A stretch of DNA of 8,013 nucleotides, taken from contig NW_021828626.1 in NCBI RefSeq assembly GCF_006345805.1, forward strand, positions 1 through 8,013. Reading direction: 5' to 3'. The notes under the pieces are model-generated. The model worked only from the letters and a program-made list of their open reading frames with translations, did no database searches and was not told the origin of the DNA. A program made the position numbers and the translations under genes. This DNA is from Octopus sinensis (lineage: Eukaryota). This document shows positions 6,601 through 8,013 of this stretch, piece by piece. Every line of letters begins with the position of its first letter. Position 1 is the first letter of the stretch.

Positions 6601-6635
<35 letters not shown>

Positions 6636-6655
6636 GTATTTATGTGTGTGTATGT
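6601..6655. repeat. (TA)n/(TG)n microsatellite
   Basis: Directly visible. Confidence 0.95.
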
Positions 6656-6855
6656 CCTGCCACAATCAATATGAGCAGCTGCAAAACATTTCCACTCAAT
6701 TACTGGTCATCGATAAACAAATTTGCATACACTTGAATGCATAGAATTTTGCACCACACGTACGCATGCGCAATGTTGCGTTTATACAGAATTGATAAAC
6801 GCATACGACTTGATACGCATATCTTTATTCCTCCATATGGTGTGAGATGGTGGTG

Positions 6856-6857
<2 letters not shown>

Positions 6858-6909
<52 letters not shown>

Positions 6910-7012
6910 TATATATAATATATAGATATAATCACATATATATATATGCACGCACACGTATATATACATATACATACATGCAATATATGAGTGAGTGTAT
7001 ATGTGTGTGTGA
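6858..7012. repeat. (TA)n with flanking (CA)/(TG) compound microsatellite
   Basis: Directly visible. Confidence 0.95.
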
Positions 7013-7212
7013 GTGTGTTTGTGTAGATATTTCCGAGATGTCGTGAAAATATAATGGTAGTGTGCTAACGTTATGTAAGAATTCAAAGAGCGAGGAAATA
7101 TATTCATGCTTTTGAATATAGACATTAATGTAAAAATGGCGAACAGCATGTAACATCGAGAGAAGTCGTGTTATGCATTCATATGTTATATAACGAATAA
7201 ACATTGCTAAAC

Positions 7213-7213
<1 letters not shown>

Positions 7214-7264
<51 letters not shown>

Positions 7265-7333
7265 GATAGAGTAGATAGATAGATAGATAGATAGACAGAT
7301 AGATAGATAGACAGATAGGCAGACACAGATAGA
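7214..7333. repeat. (GATA)n tetranucleotide microsatellite decaying into GACA variants
   Basis: Directly visible. It explains the SIYL ORF. Confidence 0.97.
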
Positions 7334-7335
7334 AA

Positions 7336-7392
7336 TATATGTGTATGTATATATATATATGTAATATTTATATATGTACGTATGTATGTATG

Positions 7393-7432
<40 letters not shown>

Positions 7433-7446
7433 ATATATATATATAA
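7336..7446. repeat. (TA)n/(TATG)n microsatellite
   Basis: Directly visible. Confidence 0.95.
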
Positions 7447-7525
7447 ATGCACATGTTAACACATTAATGAGTACATAGCACATAGAGGCACACACACACT
7501 TGCATCATAAATGCATGTAAATAAG

Positions 7526-7552
7526 TATGTATATATTTTATATCTACGTCTT

Positions 7553-7603
<51 letters not shown>

Positions 7604-7960
7604 ATATATATTATATATATATATTGTAGGTGTTATATTAGTACATATTTACATATATTTATGTGTATATAGATATGTATTTATATATTTGTATGTATAT
7701 ATATCTATATATATATGTATATATATATGTATATACATATGTATATATATGTATATACATGTATACATATGTATATATATATGTATATATACGTACATAT
7801 ATATATGTATATGTATATGTAGATACATATCATATGTATGTATATATATGTATATATGTGTATATATATGTATACATATGTATATGTATGTATATGTATA
7901 TATATATGTATATGTATATATGTATATGTATATATATACATATATATATATGCATCTATG
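7526..7960. repeat. Long compound (TA)n/(TC)n/(TATG)/(TATATG)-type low-complexity tract
   Basis: Directly visible. Confidence 0.95.
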
Positions 7961-8013
7961 TAACCACACCAGACTAACGAATGCATTTGTAAGGCTTTAA
8001 GTGCACTCCATTT

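Noticed and set aside
6777-6803. Perfect 9-bp stem hairpin tgcgtttat/ataaacgca
   Set aside because: It is short and AT-rich, plausible by chance, and has no nearby CTRR end to support a Helitron terminus.
6496-8000. ORFs of up to 157 aa at the right end
   Set aside because: Same microsatellite artefact (TA, GATA and TATG repeats).

Overview
This is AT-rich eukaryotic non-coding DNA made almost entirely of microsatellites and nested transposable-element (TE) debris. I recognise no host gene, RNA gene or CRISPR array, and the supplied ORFs are microsatellite or repeat artefacts. The SINE families and microsatellite load look like octopus (cephalopod) DNA; this is recognition from memory, not a database result. 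Contents: (i) three tRNA-derived SINE families, labelled A, B and C here, in about 12 copies or fragments; (ii) a decayed mariner transposon with long imperfect inverted arms and a 188-bp insertion; (iii) a decayed R4/Dong-type restriction-like-endonuclease (RLE) retrotransposon, split by a hAT MITE that is itself split by a four-unit SINE chain; (iv) an old ~515-bp direct duplication; (v) two fold-back structures at 5.9-6.5 kb. I found no evidence of a new protein-coding system. The best leads are apparent self-targeting of SINE B, a SINE fold-back whose arms share private variants, and a four-layer nested TE stack.
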